Program-made: the position numbers and the translations under genes
NCBI GenBank assembly: GCA_009602725.1
Contig: WELB01000009.1
Span: 964,599-1,020,565 of the forward strand
Direction of reading: 5' to 3'
DNA length: 55,967 nt
Source: Spirogloea muscicola
Taxonomy: Eukaryota
Shown here: positions 1 through 13,400 of the stretch, in pieces
Layout of the letters: the number at the start of each line of letters is the position of its first letter
Position numbering within the stretch: the first letter of the stretch is position 1
Notes under the pieces: generated by a model
Seen by the model: the letters and a program-made list of their open reading frames with translations, nothing else
What the model was told of the DNA's origin: nothing
Databases searched by the model: none

Positions 1-3000
1 CCACACGGCGGCTCTCGCCGGCCGCCGCTGGCGGGGCATCCTCGCCGGCGGCGGCGGCGGCGGCGGAGGCGGCGCCTAGCGCTGACGCCGACGAGTGCGT
101 GGAGGAGGCGGCGGGCGCTGCGGATTCCATGGCTTCCGCAGGCGCCAACAACGCAGCTGGCGGCGAGAGCCGGCTGCTGCCGTCGCCGCCCGCCAAGCGC
201 CCGCGGCCGGCGCCGGAGCTTCCGAGCTCGGACTCGGACGCCGCCACGTGAGCTGCGCCATCGCCAAACCCTGTGTTTAGATCAAATTTAGGGTGGAATT
301 GAACTACTGAGCTCTTCCAAAGGGGGCAGGGGCTGTGAATGGCCAGCCCAGAAGGGATGAGCAAGGTGCTGAGGCACCCAAATCTGTAAAATATTTGATG
401 CAATGAACTTGAAGCAGTGAAAAAGAATGGCAGAATATTTCGATAGTACTAAATACTGGAAGAGTTTTTTCAATACAAAGGGTCGACGGGCGCCAAACAG
501 CTATGCAAGAGATGGGACTTGCTGCAGCCTTGGTAATCACAGCCTTTGTGATTCAAGTTATTCTGACGATGTCGCCAAACGATGGCCATGACGGCCTTTC
601 AGGCACGCGCGGTTCGTCGACAAGCTTCTGGCGCGCTCCGACGCGCAGGGGAAACTGCTGGAGCGCGGCGCCGCCGCCGGTCAAGGCTCTGGCCCGGGCG
701 GCGTGCCATCGGTGGAGAAGTACACGCCGCTGGAGCTCCAGGTGGGCAAGCCGGTCCCGACAGCGGGGCTGGAAGTCGCCGATGCTCGCGCCATGGCATA
801 GATAGATGGCCCGGTGCTGAGCCAGCGGCGGTCGTGGCGGGGCCCAGGTGCTGGACCTCAAGCGCCGGTACCCAAATGTCCTTCTCATGGTCGAAGTCGG
901 ATACAAGGTCTGTTAGCATAACCCAATTGCATTGCCTTAGGCAATCCTGCATCCTGAGCCTTGCGCTAGTGTGAGCAGTGCCACCGGTCGCCCGCCAACT
1001 TGCCCAGCTGCGCCTGCTGTTTGCAGTACCGGTTCTTTGGGGAGGATGCCGAGACGGCGGCGCGAGTGCTTGGCGTCTTTGCCTACTACAGCCGCGCGTT
1101 CCTTACGGCGTCTGTGCCGGTGTTCCGCCTCCACGTCCACGTCCGGCGGCTCGTCGAGGCCGGCCACAAGGTCGGCGTGGTGCGCCAGACGGAGACCGGT
1201 GAGCGGGCGAGCGAGCCGGCACCCGCTTCCTCGCCAGTCTGGTCGGGCCCCCATTGCTGGCATTGGCTCAGCAAGTCTAGCGGCGGCTCTGACGTTGTCA
1301 TCTGTTGTTCGGTTGCCTGCAGCGGCGATAAAAGCGCATGGCGACAATCGCTCGGGGCCATTCACGCGCGGGTTGTCAGCGCTGTACACGGCCGCCACCC
1401 TCGAGGCTGCTGAGGACCTCGGCGGCAACAGCAGCGACGCTGATGCCAGGGGCCGGCTGACCTCCTACCTGGTGTGTGTTACGGAGCGGCCGCTTGCCAG
1501 CGGCAAGGGCGACTTGCCGCAGAGTCCACGTGGCAACAGGGTGGCGGACGTGCGCGTGGGCCTGGTCGCCGTTGAGGCTGCGACCGGTGACGTCGCGTTT
1601 GACGAGTTCAACGACCGAGCGGCGCGGCCTGAGCTCGAGGCGCGCCTCCTCGCGCTGGCGCCCGCCGAGCTGCTGCTGGCGGAGCCGCTCTCGGCTTCGA
1701 CTGAGAAGGTGCATGCTCACTTCTTCTTCAGATGGTATCGAGGAGCAGCATGCAGCATGGCTCTGCATAATGCGCTTGAATGCGAGGTTGCATGGTCAGG
1801 GCTTAGGAGAATGATAGGATAAGGATGATAGTCAAAGACTGATCAAATTACATAGGAAGAATATGATCAAGAAATCTCGGACCCTGTGGCCTGACTGCTG
1901 ACTTTTTGTTACTAACATTACATGTCACAATGTATCTTGGCGCACCGCAGGTCCTTGCAGACTATGTTGGGCCCTCGGCCCGCGTGCGCGTGGAGCGCGT
2001 CCCCCGGGCACGTGTTGCCGATGGTGGAGCGCTCGCTGAGGTCGCCTCCTTCTATGCAGACGGGGCGCCAGTAGCAATCAGCAAGGGAGCCCCCGGCGAT
2101 GGTGGCAACGGCATTGACAAGGGGCTGCAGGTCTGCGTCCAATCCTCTGTCGTTGCCTATGCAGCTGACAAAAACTGTATGGCAATACCAGAGTGAACTT
2201 TTTCCGTTCGCTGGACAATTGAAGCTGCAATCGGTAAATGTCAAGATCAAGCGCTGACTCCATCGTAGCCCCCTAAGAGTGTGAACCAAGGGCTCAAGAT
2301 CTGAATGAGGTGGCACTGTTGGAAGGTGTATTAATGAGGACATGAAGTGTTAAAACTTTGGGCAGGGGCTGACTACGGAAGGATGTGGCTTCTGCGCTTG
2401 GGCATGCACTCCCGCAGCTAATCATGCAATTATGTCAACACTCTTTCATTGAAATCCTGCTGTGGGACTTCCTGCTGTGGTGTTAATGTCTGATCTTAAG
2501 CTAGCTAAGCATCCAGAGTCGCCGCGCTTGTGCACTCTGTAGGCTATCATAGCAATGCCGGAGCTGGCCGTCCAGGCGCTGGCGCTCGCTGTGGCCCACC
2601 TCCAACAATTTGGCCTGCAGGACATGCTGCGCCTCGGCGCATCCTTCCGGCCTCTGTCTGTCGGTGGCGAGATGACTCTTTCGCCAAACGCCCTCGCTCA
2701 GCTTGAGGTGCTTTGAATGCCTGTCGTGCTACTGGACAGAAAGTTGCCTCAACAGCAACAATAAAATGAGATGGATTCAGAACAGCATTACTGTGAACTT
2801 TTGTCAACACGTGCAATGAAACAAATGCTTTGCTTGAGCTTTTGGCCAGGTCCTGCGGAACAGCCTTGATGGGCAGGAGCATGGCTCTCTCCTGTGGCTC
2901 CTCGACCACACTTGCACGCCTTCCGGTGGGCGGCTGCTGCGCCACTGGGTGAGTTTTCCAACATGTGAACTCAATGTCAGCCCCTTATCAATATCTTGGA

Positions 3001-6000
3001 TGGAACTCAGAGCCCAAACTCAGAACTTTCAATCCTGAATCATTTGCTGGCTGATGCTTATTGTAGGATGTTATAACCATAGCAAGCTCTGCCAGATATT
3101 TTGACGGTAATGCTTTGCACCGAAGGCGCATGAGCTGAAGCATGCACTGCCAGATACGTCTGCTAGCTGGGGGAAAAGGCTCAGCGACGATCTTTTGGTG
3201 TTGGCTATAAGCGTGTTCTGCTTGTAGTACCACCAGTGGCTATCTGAACTCCAATAGTGCAGACCTGCAGGTAGTCCTTGATGTATTGGCTGCTGCATTG
3301 TCATGCATGCAGGTGACGCACCCTCTGCAGGACCAGATGCAGATCGAGGACCGGCTCGATGCCGTATCGGAGCTGTTGGCTAGCCTCGGCAGCGTCAGCT
3401 CAACGGGGCTCAGTGAGGGCTCTTACCCAGGTAGCGGTAAGGGCGGGGGCATCGTTGGCGCTGCCAGCCGCGGGCGGGGCACCGCCGCCGTTGCCGCTGC
3501 GGGCCCTTGGGCGCTCGTGCCCGAGGTGCTGGCAGCACTTGGTCGTGGCTCCGACGTGGAGCGCGGCATCACGCGCATCTTTCATCGGACAGCAACTCCT
3601 GCTGAGGTCTAGACCCACAAACGCAAACTCAAAGATGGACAAGCTGGACCTCTCACATCCCATGCTCAATAACTTCCAACAGGAGTCACATGCGTAGGAT
3701 GCAAGGTGCAGAATAATATGTGAATAATAAAGTCTGCTGTTGCCTGGTGGTCATCTAGTTATATCTTGGTCTAAGAGCTGCTATAGTTGCCATGTTTGCT
3801 GGCTCGTACGTGTCCAATGCATGAAGTAACATGCGCTTCTGACTTTCTTCTCCTTTTGTGCAGTTTGTGGCTGTCATGCAAAGCCTGCTCTCTGCGTTGA
3901 AGCAGCTGAGCCGCATACGGCCAGCCGCAGCTAGCAACGACGCCGGCGCGCCTGAGGTCGATGCACTGGAGGAGGTCAGGGGACCGCCGAACGGCAGCTT
4001 CCGACAGTCGCTCCTGTCGCGGCTCCTGGCGGCTGCAACGCCTGTGACGGTGCGGCAGCACGCAGCAAGGCTGCTGTCAGCCCTGGACGCAGAGGCGGCG
4101 AGCCGCGGCGACAAGCTCTCGCTGCTGATCACGACTGGGGGCAGGTTTTCCGCGGTATAGACTTTTGCTCACACCACCTAAGCCTCATAGGCCCATAATT
4201 AAAGCCTTGAAGTAGTTATTACATTCTATTAAGCTACCTCTGTCGATTTCAATGTGTGGACCAGGTGGCAACGACAAACTCCAGCTGCCCTTGTGCAATG
4301 CAATATGTCTGTCCTTATGGACCACTGCATGCATATGTGGCAATGGCAGGTTGCAAGGTGCCGTGAGGGCATCAAGGCTGCAGAGAGCAGGCTGAGCGAG
4401 CTGCTGCCCGACCTCAGGAAGCTGCTGCGGAGCCCCTCACTTGAGTTTGCGACAGTGTCGGGCGTGTTGTACCTCGTCGAGGCACGTGTTACTGCAGAAA
4501 TTGTGTTGTATTCTAGATTTTGCAAAGTGGTTATGCAACGTTGGTTGCTGGAGGCAGTAGCCCAAGCACAGACTCTTAGCAGAGGCACGGCATCTTGCTG
4601 GCCTCATCTTATGTGGTCTATTTGAAGCAACTCAGTGTAGCTGTTATCTCCATGCTTCATTTATGCAAAGTAGAATGTCCATTAGCAGCACCTGATGTGG
4701 TTTATGGCGGGGGAAGCTCAGGTGCCCGTGGCGCAGCGAGTTCCTGGGGATTGGATCAAGGTGAGCAGCACGAAGCGGTGCAACCGGTACCATCCGCCGG
4801 TGGTGCTGGCGGCCTACAACACGTTGGCGCTGGCGCGCGAGGAGCTGCTCGCTGCCTGCAATGCAGGCTGGCACGAGTTCCTGGGCGAGTTCGCTGGGCT
4901 GTATGCGGACTTCCGGGGCGCCGTCCGAGCGCTCGCCGCCCTGGACTGCCTCCACTCTCTAGCCCTGGTGGCCAGGAACACTGTGAGCCTTGGCATTTAG
5001 AGCCTTGTTTGGAAATTCTCATTGCACTCATAAGCCTCAAATTGCATGTATCTAGACTCTTGGAGCAACAAATTTCTTTGTCACAATACAGTGAGCTCAC
5101 TCTCAGGGATCCATATCTGCAGGGCTATGTACGACCTGTTTTTGCTCGTCATGACGAGCCAGCCCAGCTTATCATCAGAGAGGGCAGGCATCCGGTAAGC
5201 CTCCATGAAAGCCTTCAAATTCCAGAGCTATGCGGTTCACTTAATCAGCTCATTCCCGTACAAATGCAGGTCAATACAGCCGCAAAGAGAGGAACAACAG
5301 CAATTGTCCAAAGCTCTTGCTCTCTGTCCAAGTACTTTGCTGCTGGCCTTTCAGGTGTACAAGAGTCACATTTACAGGCGGCAGCAATTTCCTTGGGCAG
5401 GTCCTGGAGGCGCAGCTGGCAGAGCGCTTCGTGCCGAATGACACGCTATTGTTGGGCGAGCGTGAGCGCTGCCAAATCATCACCGGCCCCAACATGGGCG
5501 GCAAGAGCTGCTACATCCGCCAGGTGGCCCTGATTGCCATCATGGCCCAGGTATGCTGCCACTCTCTCTTTTCATGTAGATTGATGAAACTTGGTGCTGA
5601 ATGGCATTCAGCATGTCCTGCGAGCCAGTACGTCAAGATGTCATCATCGTATTGCTATGCTTGTTGATTACACCCGAATGCTCCAACAACAGTAGAGACT
5701 TCGTTTTGTCTTGATGTCTAGATGGGTTGCTAAATACATTAGGAAACCTGTTGAAACTGCAAGGCAAAGCAAGTTACTGAGTTATAGTCACCGTATCGCT
5801 ATCGGACTTGAACCGATGACCAAAAGGAGCACGATTTTGAGTCTGCCATGGTGTGCCCCGTCAACAACTTCATGTTACATGGGGCAGATTGGGTCATTCG
5901 TACCTGCCACATCAGTCAAACTGAGGGTGCTGGACGCCATCATGACGCGGATGAGCGCCTCAGACTCGCTCCAGCGCGGCCGGAGCACGTTCCTTGAGGA

Positions 6001-7104
6001 GCTTGGGGAGGCGTCCGACATCTTGCGGCTGGCAACAGGGCGCTCGCTTGTCATCTGTGATGAGCTCGGGCGCGGCACGTCAACGCACGACGGCGTGGCC
6101 ATTGCATTCGCCACACTGCAGGTCCATATCATCTATAATGTCAGTCTATATGGTTGGGACAGCTTTCTGTTGACTTAGTAACTTCTGTTGGATAGTAGAG
6201 TCTTCCTTCGATTGACTCCTCACTGTCAATAATCTTTCCTCGTTCACGAGTTCGTGGTAGGGCATTGACTGTGTATCCTTGTTGCTTGCCACGCAGTATC
6301 TTCTTGAGACAACGAAGTGCTTGACCCTCTTCGTGACGCACTACCCAAAGATCTCAGAACTGCAAATCGACTTTTCCAAGCAGCTAGGCTGCTACTATGT
6401 CTCCTTCCTGGCAAGCACAGCGAGGTCCAACGGAGCCTCGACGCCTGAGGCCAATGCCGCCGATGACAGCGCTGGCGATTCGGGCCGTAATGCAGGGGCA
6501 TCGGACTCCGTCACGTTCCTGTACAAGCTGGCGCCTGGGGTTGCACCTAGGAGCTTTGGCCTGCACGTAGCGCGGCTTGCTGAGGTCCATCCCAGCCACA
6601 CCATTCTTGCACTTTCATCATGATCACACCCAGATTGGCATCCTCCAGCGTGTGTGGAGATCAAGCTTAATGTGCAAGTCAAGGTACTAGAAGTTATCAT
6701 ACTGTTTCTCAGCACTACTGCAATGGTCTGTGCAGATACCGGAGACCGTGGTGATGAGGGCCGCAGATATGGCACTGAAGCTGGAGGACGAGGTGGGAAA
6801 GAGAAAGACGGAACTTGGCACCATGAAGCTTGAGCCTAGGGAGGTCGCTGTGCCCACCTATCACACTGACAGTGCTGAACATAGTGAGGATCCACAAATA
6901 CGTGCAGAGTCAGGGGTGTGTGGATCTAGTCGAGGATGTCTAGCAGCTGTTGCTGATCAGGTAGAGGGCCCTGGCGTCAGCGACATAGTGCGAAGTCTTG
7001 TGAAGCTTCGAACGTCCTTCGGTGCGAATAGAAGCGAGCAGAGCTTACAAAATTTAAGACAGCTGCAGATGGATATATCAAGGACTAATTGCTCCTACAG
7101 TTGA
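1..7104 (+). CDS. MSH3: DNA mismatch repair protein MSH3 (MutS homolog 3), 5'-partial, multi-exon
   Basis: Spliced exons ~1-247, 603-741, 848-907, 1027-1198, 1323-1708, 1951-2130, 2543-2707, 2850-2948, 3313-3606, 3864-4154, 4350-4481, 4722-4982, 5123-5194, 5401-5550, 5888-6121, 6297-6584, 6736-7104. MSH3-type N-terminus [46 protein letters not shown]. MutS ATPase motifs [54 protein letters not shown]. The start codon lies upstream of the window. Confidence 0.95.
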
Positions 7105-7412
7105 CCAATTTCACGTTTCATCCTCTATCCTGTGTCCTAGCCGCTACTGTTACTGCTGGGCAACTACTGTCCTCACAGATGCCTATAACGGGATGGCCAG
7201 TCAGTTTCGGCGCACCATTGAAGTCAGCATATTAATTAGTAAAACATAGTGGACATTCGCCCAAGTGCAGACTACAGACTTCGACAACTGTCATCTAGCT
7301 CCTTGGGCGTGGCACCTGATGTTGCTCGTTTTCGAATTGCAAAGCCGTGCAGCAGGTCGTGCTTATCAATTTTATGTACTACCCAGCTTGTTCAAGAAGA
7401 AATACGTCCTGC

Positions 7413-10400
7413 TCATGCTGAAACAACGCAGAGCCTGTCCATCTGGATCCATTTGTAAGCCGAGCGGTCCTGAATTGCGCGCACTACACTGGCAGCCGCC
7501 TCCATGGTGCTATGCAGTGGTGCCAGCTTCCGCTCAGCCATCTGGCGAGCTGCTGAATCCTCAATCTGCAGCAGCAACAGCAGCAGAATCACCAGCAGTT
7601 CCATATTTAACGTCCTTCCGCTACAACAAGCAGATTATGAAAATTGTAAAGAAGTACTGTGTCTCTACCCTTTCGGTGTGTACTTTACTGTACAATCTGT
7701 CTGCTTAAAGACTCACCTTGTTAAGAGTTTGCAATGGGTCAAGCAATCGTAGGAAGTGCGAGAGTTGCTTGTAGAGATCAGCCTCTGAGTAGTTGCGCAC
7801 CATCCGGCCCGTACACCTGCAACTTAGCAACCTGATAGTAAGCATATTCTGACCCAGTCTATCTGAGATATGTGATGTAGCTAACAAGTCCTTACAACTG
7901 GCCTCGTCTGCTTGGGCACCTGGGGTAATTGGGACATGCTGCCCCCTTGGAGGGACCCTGCCCTCCGAGCACGCGGAGGGATGGGCTCCTTGAAGTGCTG
8001 CCACACAGCTCCTCGTCACACTAATTGACAGGAGAGGGTGCACTAATCGTCAGGGTCCTACAAGCACCTACTCAGAGATCCATCACTTACACAGACATCA
8101 CAGCAAGTCTTCTGTGAATGACATATAATAATGTAAGAGCTGTACATCTTATAGTGATGCTGATTTTGTACCCTTCACCTCAGATTCCAAAAAGACTGTG
8201 CATGCAATCATGAATCTGCAACCTTTGGGTTTTGACAAAGATGATGCAGAATGCTTACAATCATCCGTGCATCATAGTAGCGAGCCACGAAGTCCTCTGC
8301 CCTCCTCTTGACCTGCACAGCACAGCCCAGCTTCCACAAGGATGTATTCTCGACCTTGCATGTCAACTCGCACCAGCATGTGCTTCACTGGAAGTCCACA
8401 TACCGCAGGATCGATCATTCTATCGGTTTTGCATATGACACCTCCCGAGCTTGAACACTACAGAGTTCCTGCCTAGCAACCCCTCGATTGTGTGGTCTGA
8501 CGGGCTTGCTGTGTATTGCCCATGTCTTTGCAGAAGCTTGACTAACTTCTGCTGCTTACGAAGGAGCTCAGTCCAGGAGTCCTCTCAGTTGATTATCCTA
8601 CCTGGTTTGCCAGCATGGCAGGCGAAAGCATGGTAGGGGGCCCGGATGCATGGTCTGCTGGGCACCGTGGGCAGCGCAGCGGGCTACAGCTGCTGCTGGC
8701 GTCCACCCTGCCGGGCAGCGGGGTGACGGGTGACCCGTTGGAGGAGTCGAGGTGGGCTGGACAGGAGGAAGAGCTTGAGGAGGGAGGGGGAGAGGTTGTG
8801 AATGGGAATTTCAGGCTGCATCGTGGGCACACCAGCTCAAGTGGCTCGCAATGGCGATACCTGCAGCAGTGGTGAGACACTCGAGGCTGGGAGTCAAGAG
8901 GAGTCCACCATAAATTCCAGAAAGCTCTTGCTCATACAGGTGCATCTATAGTAATACTTATATTTAGCAATTTTCACAAGCTGGTCAATGATGATGCAGC
9001 AGGATGCTGCAGGAGAGGAGGGCTACAAGCACAGCGTTACCTCTCATCATCATCGAGGCTGGCAGCCGAGGTCAGCAGGGCGTCCTCCTTGGCGCTGTGC
9101 GTGGAGGCTATACTCTGTCTGTGGAACTGCATGCAAGCAGGACAAGGTCATCAGCTCACATGGTTACACCAGTCACGTGTACAAAGTCTCCTCTCGAGTC
9201 CCTTTTAGTAAGAACTGGCTGCCGCTATTTGACTGCATCTCAACTTCACAATCTATGATGTGGTAGATTACAGGCTTACCTTGGTCGCGTCCAAGCCCAA
9301 GCAGTCTGCCAGACGAGCTGGATCGGTGCCCTCAATGGGCGCGCAGAGCCTTGACACCACAGGGTGAATCTGCGGCAGTTTCATTGAGTCCAAGATGTCA
9401 CGAATTGTTGAACCTCCAGGATCTTCTCATGTGGGTGTCAGCGCCACCCTCAATTGGGCTGCCATTCCTCTTGAAGCCGAGTACTGCTTAGTCTGCTTGC
9501 CTTGAGAATGCGGTAGCACAAGCGCGGAAGCACTGGGCAACGGGGGATGCTACAAAAGGGCTTTCAAATAACAAGACGCCAGCCACTCTGTTTGTGTTGA
9601 CTGCTTGCAGATGAATTCAAGCACATTGGTTGCTTTATTTTGCGAATCAGGCGTGCCTCTGACCTGCTGTGAGAGATAGTAGTCAATGTCAACGTCCCAA
9701 TTGCTATTGTTGCTCCTCAGTTCATCCGGGTGGCGTGCTCTCTCCGCAATGCTTCCCTGCACGGCAGTCCCTGATCCCTGCATTACCATTGCGCGCGCAA
9801 GCTGCTATATCAGTGCATGACTAGCGAGCATGTACTTGACCATCACATACTTCAGAGCTGCAACTTACAACTATAGCCTACCGATATACTGGCACCAGCA
9901 ATGCTCCCACAGCAAAGCATACCCTGTCCTTGCAAATGATGTACGGAACAGTGTCATTGGCTGCACAACCATCCCGCCGCCCGCTCTGTTTCCTCCTGAG
10001 TGCCACCTGTTCAGCACATTTCGGACAGCGAGAAGTTGACAATCCGAGACAGGAATGCACAAGGAGTCAGCTTAACGCGCTGAGGGGCTCAAGTCCGTGC
10101 CTTACAGATCATGTGCAGGTAACAGAAAGGCAAGCTCAACTGCAACTGCCTGTCAGAAACCTACACTTGTTTCCGTTTGCACAAGAACTTGGACAGCCCA
10201 CCTGCACGTGCGGTTGGCTCCGGGCGTCTGGATAGTCCTCTGGGGCCTTGGTCAGCGTCTTTGTGATCTCGTACTTGTCCAACTCCACCTCCCCCGCCCT
10301 CATACGCTTGGCCAGCTGCCAGTCAGCCAGCACCACACCTTCAGCTGTGTATCTTTGTGGGCTTCTGCTTTGCTGGCTAGACGGCGACAATGGCGCAGGG

Positions 10401-13400
10401 CTGCTTGAGCGATCATGCAACTAGAAAGTGAAAGGAGGAGATACAAGAAGGGTTGGCTCACGTCACTGAGATGCTCGTGGATTGCGCTAACAACATCTTC
10501 GCGAGAGCTGCCAGGCCAATGTATGTCAGTTGGGTCATTAGGAAAGAGAGTGCTACTTCCAACCGACTGTGATCTTACTGGAGCAGAAGCATAGGAGGCT
10601 AAGCTTAGGAGCTTGCTAGTTGCACTACCTTCCAGATAATATTTGCTGCAGGCAGTAATTCCCGACGTCCTTGGACAGGATGCTCCAGTCGCGCCGCACA
10701 ATGTCAAGGCCCTTCTGTTCCATCACCTGCCACAGGCAGTAGCTCATCTTTGATGCATGGACATGCATAACAAACTTCAACTAGGACAAGACAAGTGGAG
10801 CATACATGCCCATGGAGCATTCTGTATCCGGACTTCCAAATACAGCAAAGTTGCTCACGCTAAGTATGCACAGACTAGTCTTGTGCGTGCATCGAGGCCG
10901 AGGAATATACTTCTTTGAATGTTCCATCACCATTGGGCTCCATCTTGATGCATGCATACTTCTTCTTCTTCAGGAGCAGCATGCGCTTGAAGACACCATC
11001 GACCTCAATCTCCAACAGCTTATACCTCTTATTGACCTGAAACATCCACTTTGAGCTGCTTTAAGCTTGTCTGCAGCATCGTCTTTAACGGCATTTACTG
11101 TTTGTTGTTGCTCTACATGCAAAATGGGGATAGCCTGAGCTTGCGCCTATGAAGCATCAAACTTGCAACTGGACATGTGTTAAAGATTTCTAGCTCTGCT
11201 AGCCACTGAGTGGATGTAATGCATGCTATGCTTGCATGGAGTTAAGCCTGCGCCAGGGCGTCAGCAAGAAGGCCTATCCGACACATCAGTGAATGCAGTT
11301 GCCTTCTGATGCATAGCTAGTCACCTCCTTCTTCACGCGGGCTCCCACTGCCCACACTTTCGAGAGCTCGTCGAGGCCCGTGTGAATCATGATAGAGTCC
11401 GTGTCTCCGTAGATGACCTGCAATTCAGAAACGAAGAAGCTGGTGATGCTGCTAACGATTGCAAGCACTGTTGAAGTCGCATGACAACATCGCAACGTCC
11501 CCGTGCCAGGCATAAGATTAGATGCTGAGACCTTTCTTTGGTGAAATTGTAACAAGCGGGCATCTACCTCCAGGTTGAGGTTGTTCTGGACCAAGTCGAC
11601 GGTGCTTTGCAGAATCTCACGACCCTGCAGTAATAATGCGCACAGATTAATGTGTTTGCAACTGTTGGTTCGCTTACAAATTGCCCAAGAGCATGCGCAC
11701 AGGGGGCGAGAAGCTGTACAAGGCTTACTTGCGAGGTGATGAGCTCTGCAAGCGGTTTTGCATAGAAGCGAGAGTTGTTGAAGCCGAGGCAGCCGTACAT
11801 GCTGCACCAGGAGCATATCAAGAAAACCTTTGGACACCCACTTTCTCATGTTGCAGACCGACAAAACAAGGTGACGCCGATGTGACGAGACGCATAATGG
11901 TTGCTAGTTGCAGAAGACATGAAGATAGTGAGTGTGGACGGGCACCTGTTGGCAGTCAGCTTCAGCGCCTGTTGGCGGATGTCGAGGCGCTGCCGCTCGG
12001 CAGCATCACCCTCCTTCTTCATCATCTCCTTCACCTGCCGCCGTCGTTGCACCAGCGTTCTGATCACCTGCAATCTCACAAGCATCGTGTGTGAGTGCAG
12101 AAGCAGGAGAACCTCAGTCTCGCCTCACCTATGGCAGGAGTACTTCTACTGACACATGCAACACCATGGGTTATATTATCCAACAGGTCCAAAGCAGACC
12201 TGCGGCAGGACGCCTGGCGTGGCATCCATGGGCAGCGCTGGCACGGTGGAGGCAGCCGCGCTGCTGCCGGCGTCACGCCTGCGAAGCACTGTCGTGAAGC
12301 AGATGTTGTACTCCTGGATGATGGACGGGTACAGCGAGTTGAAGTCTAGGAGCACGACGAAGCGATCATACAGGCCCTTCTTGGGCTCGAGTACCAAGCC
12401 ACCGGCATATGCCGGCTGACGCTTTCGCCGGCTGCCGGCTGCCGGGTCTGCTGCATTGCCCACATCCGGCTCGTCTAGAAGCTCCGCATCCAGGAGGTCA
12501 TCGCCGTCGGCGTCCTCTGCCGTCCGCCGCTTGCCGCCTCCATGGCCGGCCATGACTCGGTCCCGCTCCCGCACGGAGACCTTGTCGGGGAGAATGTACT
12601 TGCGCTCGTGGAACTCGTGGCACAGCAGCATCTCGATGCGCTGCGCCCGCGCCCCCTGCCACCAGAGAGTGCACTTGATTCAAGAGCATGTACTCAGGCT
12701 AACTGCCGCCATTAGAGGGGTGTTATCGGGGACCTTTTAAGGGCTCTCACTGCCACAAAGCCGAGCTTACAGTCAACAACTGGTCGTTACAGCGGACGCA
12801 ACAGCATGACTTCTGCCAGCTTATATGATGTATGAGACCAAGTCATTAGGCTACCCTTTATCCTTAGCAGCAACACATGTACCTGGCAGTTTGTGACGAC
12901 ACACTTTCTGGCATCAGATCACAAGTGATGCCAGGTACTCAAATGCGGTGTCAGGGGCTGGAGGTTACCTGCAAGGTCCGGGACCAGAGGTTGCCTGATA
13001 GAGCAGTGAGCTGTCGTGTCAGCGGTAGAATGCTGAGGTGGAACATGAGGCCCAGTGTCAGCCACGCATCTGTCTCGCCAAGCTCCAACTGCGATCCCAT
13101 GCCGCCGGCACCATCAGTCCTTGCCATGGCTGAGGCCTTTTGAGAATACAAGACTGATGCGGCCACGCAATTAGCCACATCGTAATTGCAATTTGCCAGT
13201 ACTTAACTGCAAGCAAAAGGGCTGTGCAGAAAGCTGACCAGCTTGCACAGCGAACCAGCATTGGAGAACATGGCGGCGGTGTCTGCGGGCGAGAGCTCCC
13301 GGCGGACTTTGCCGAGCTGGCGCTCCGCCAATGCCGTTAACGAGTAGCTGACCTGCGAGCTTGTCATGTTGCCAATATTGCCAACATCAGTGTCAGATTC

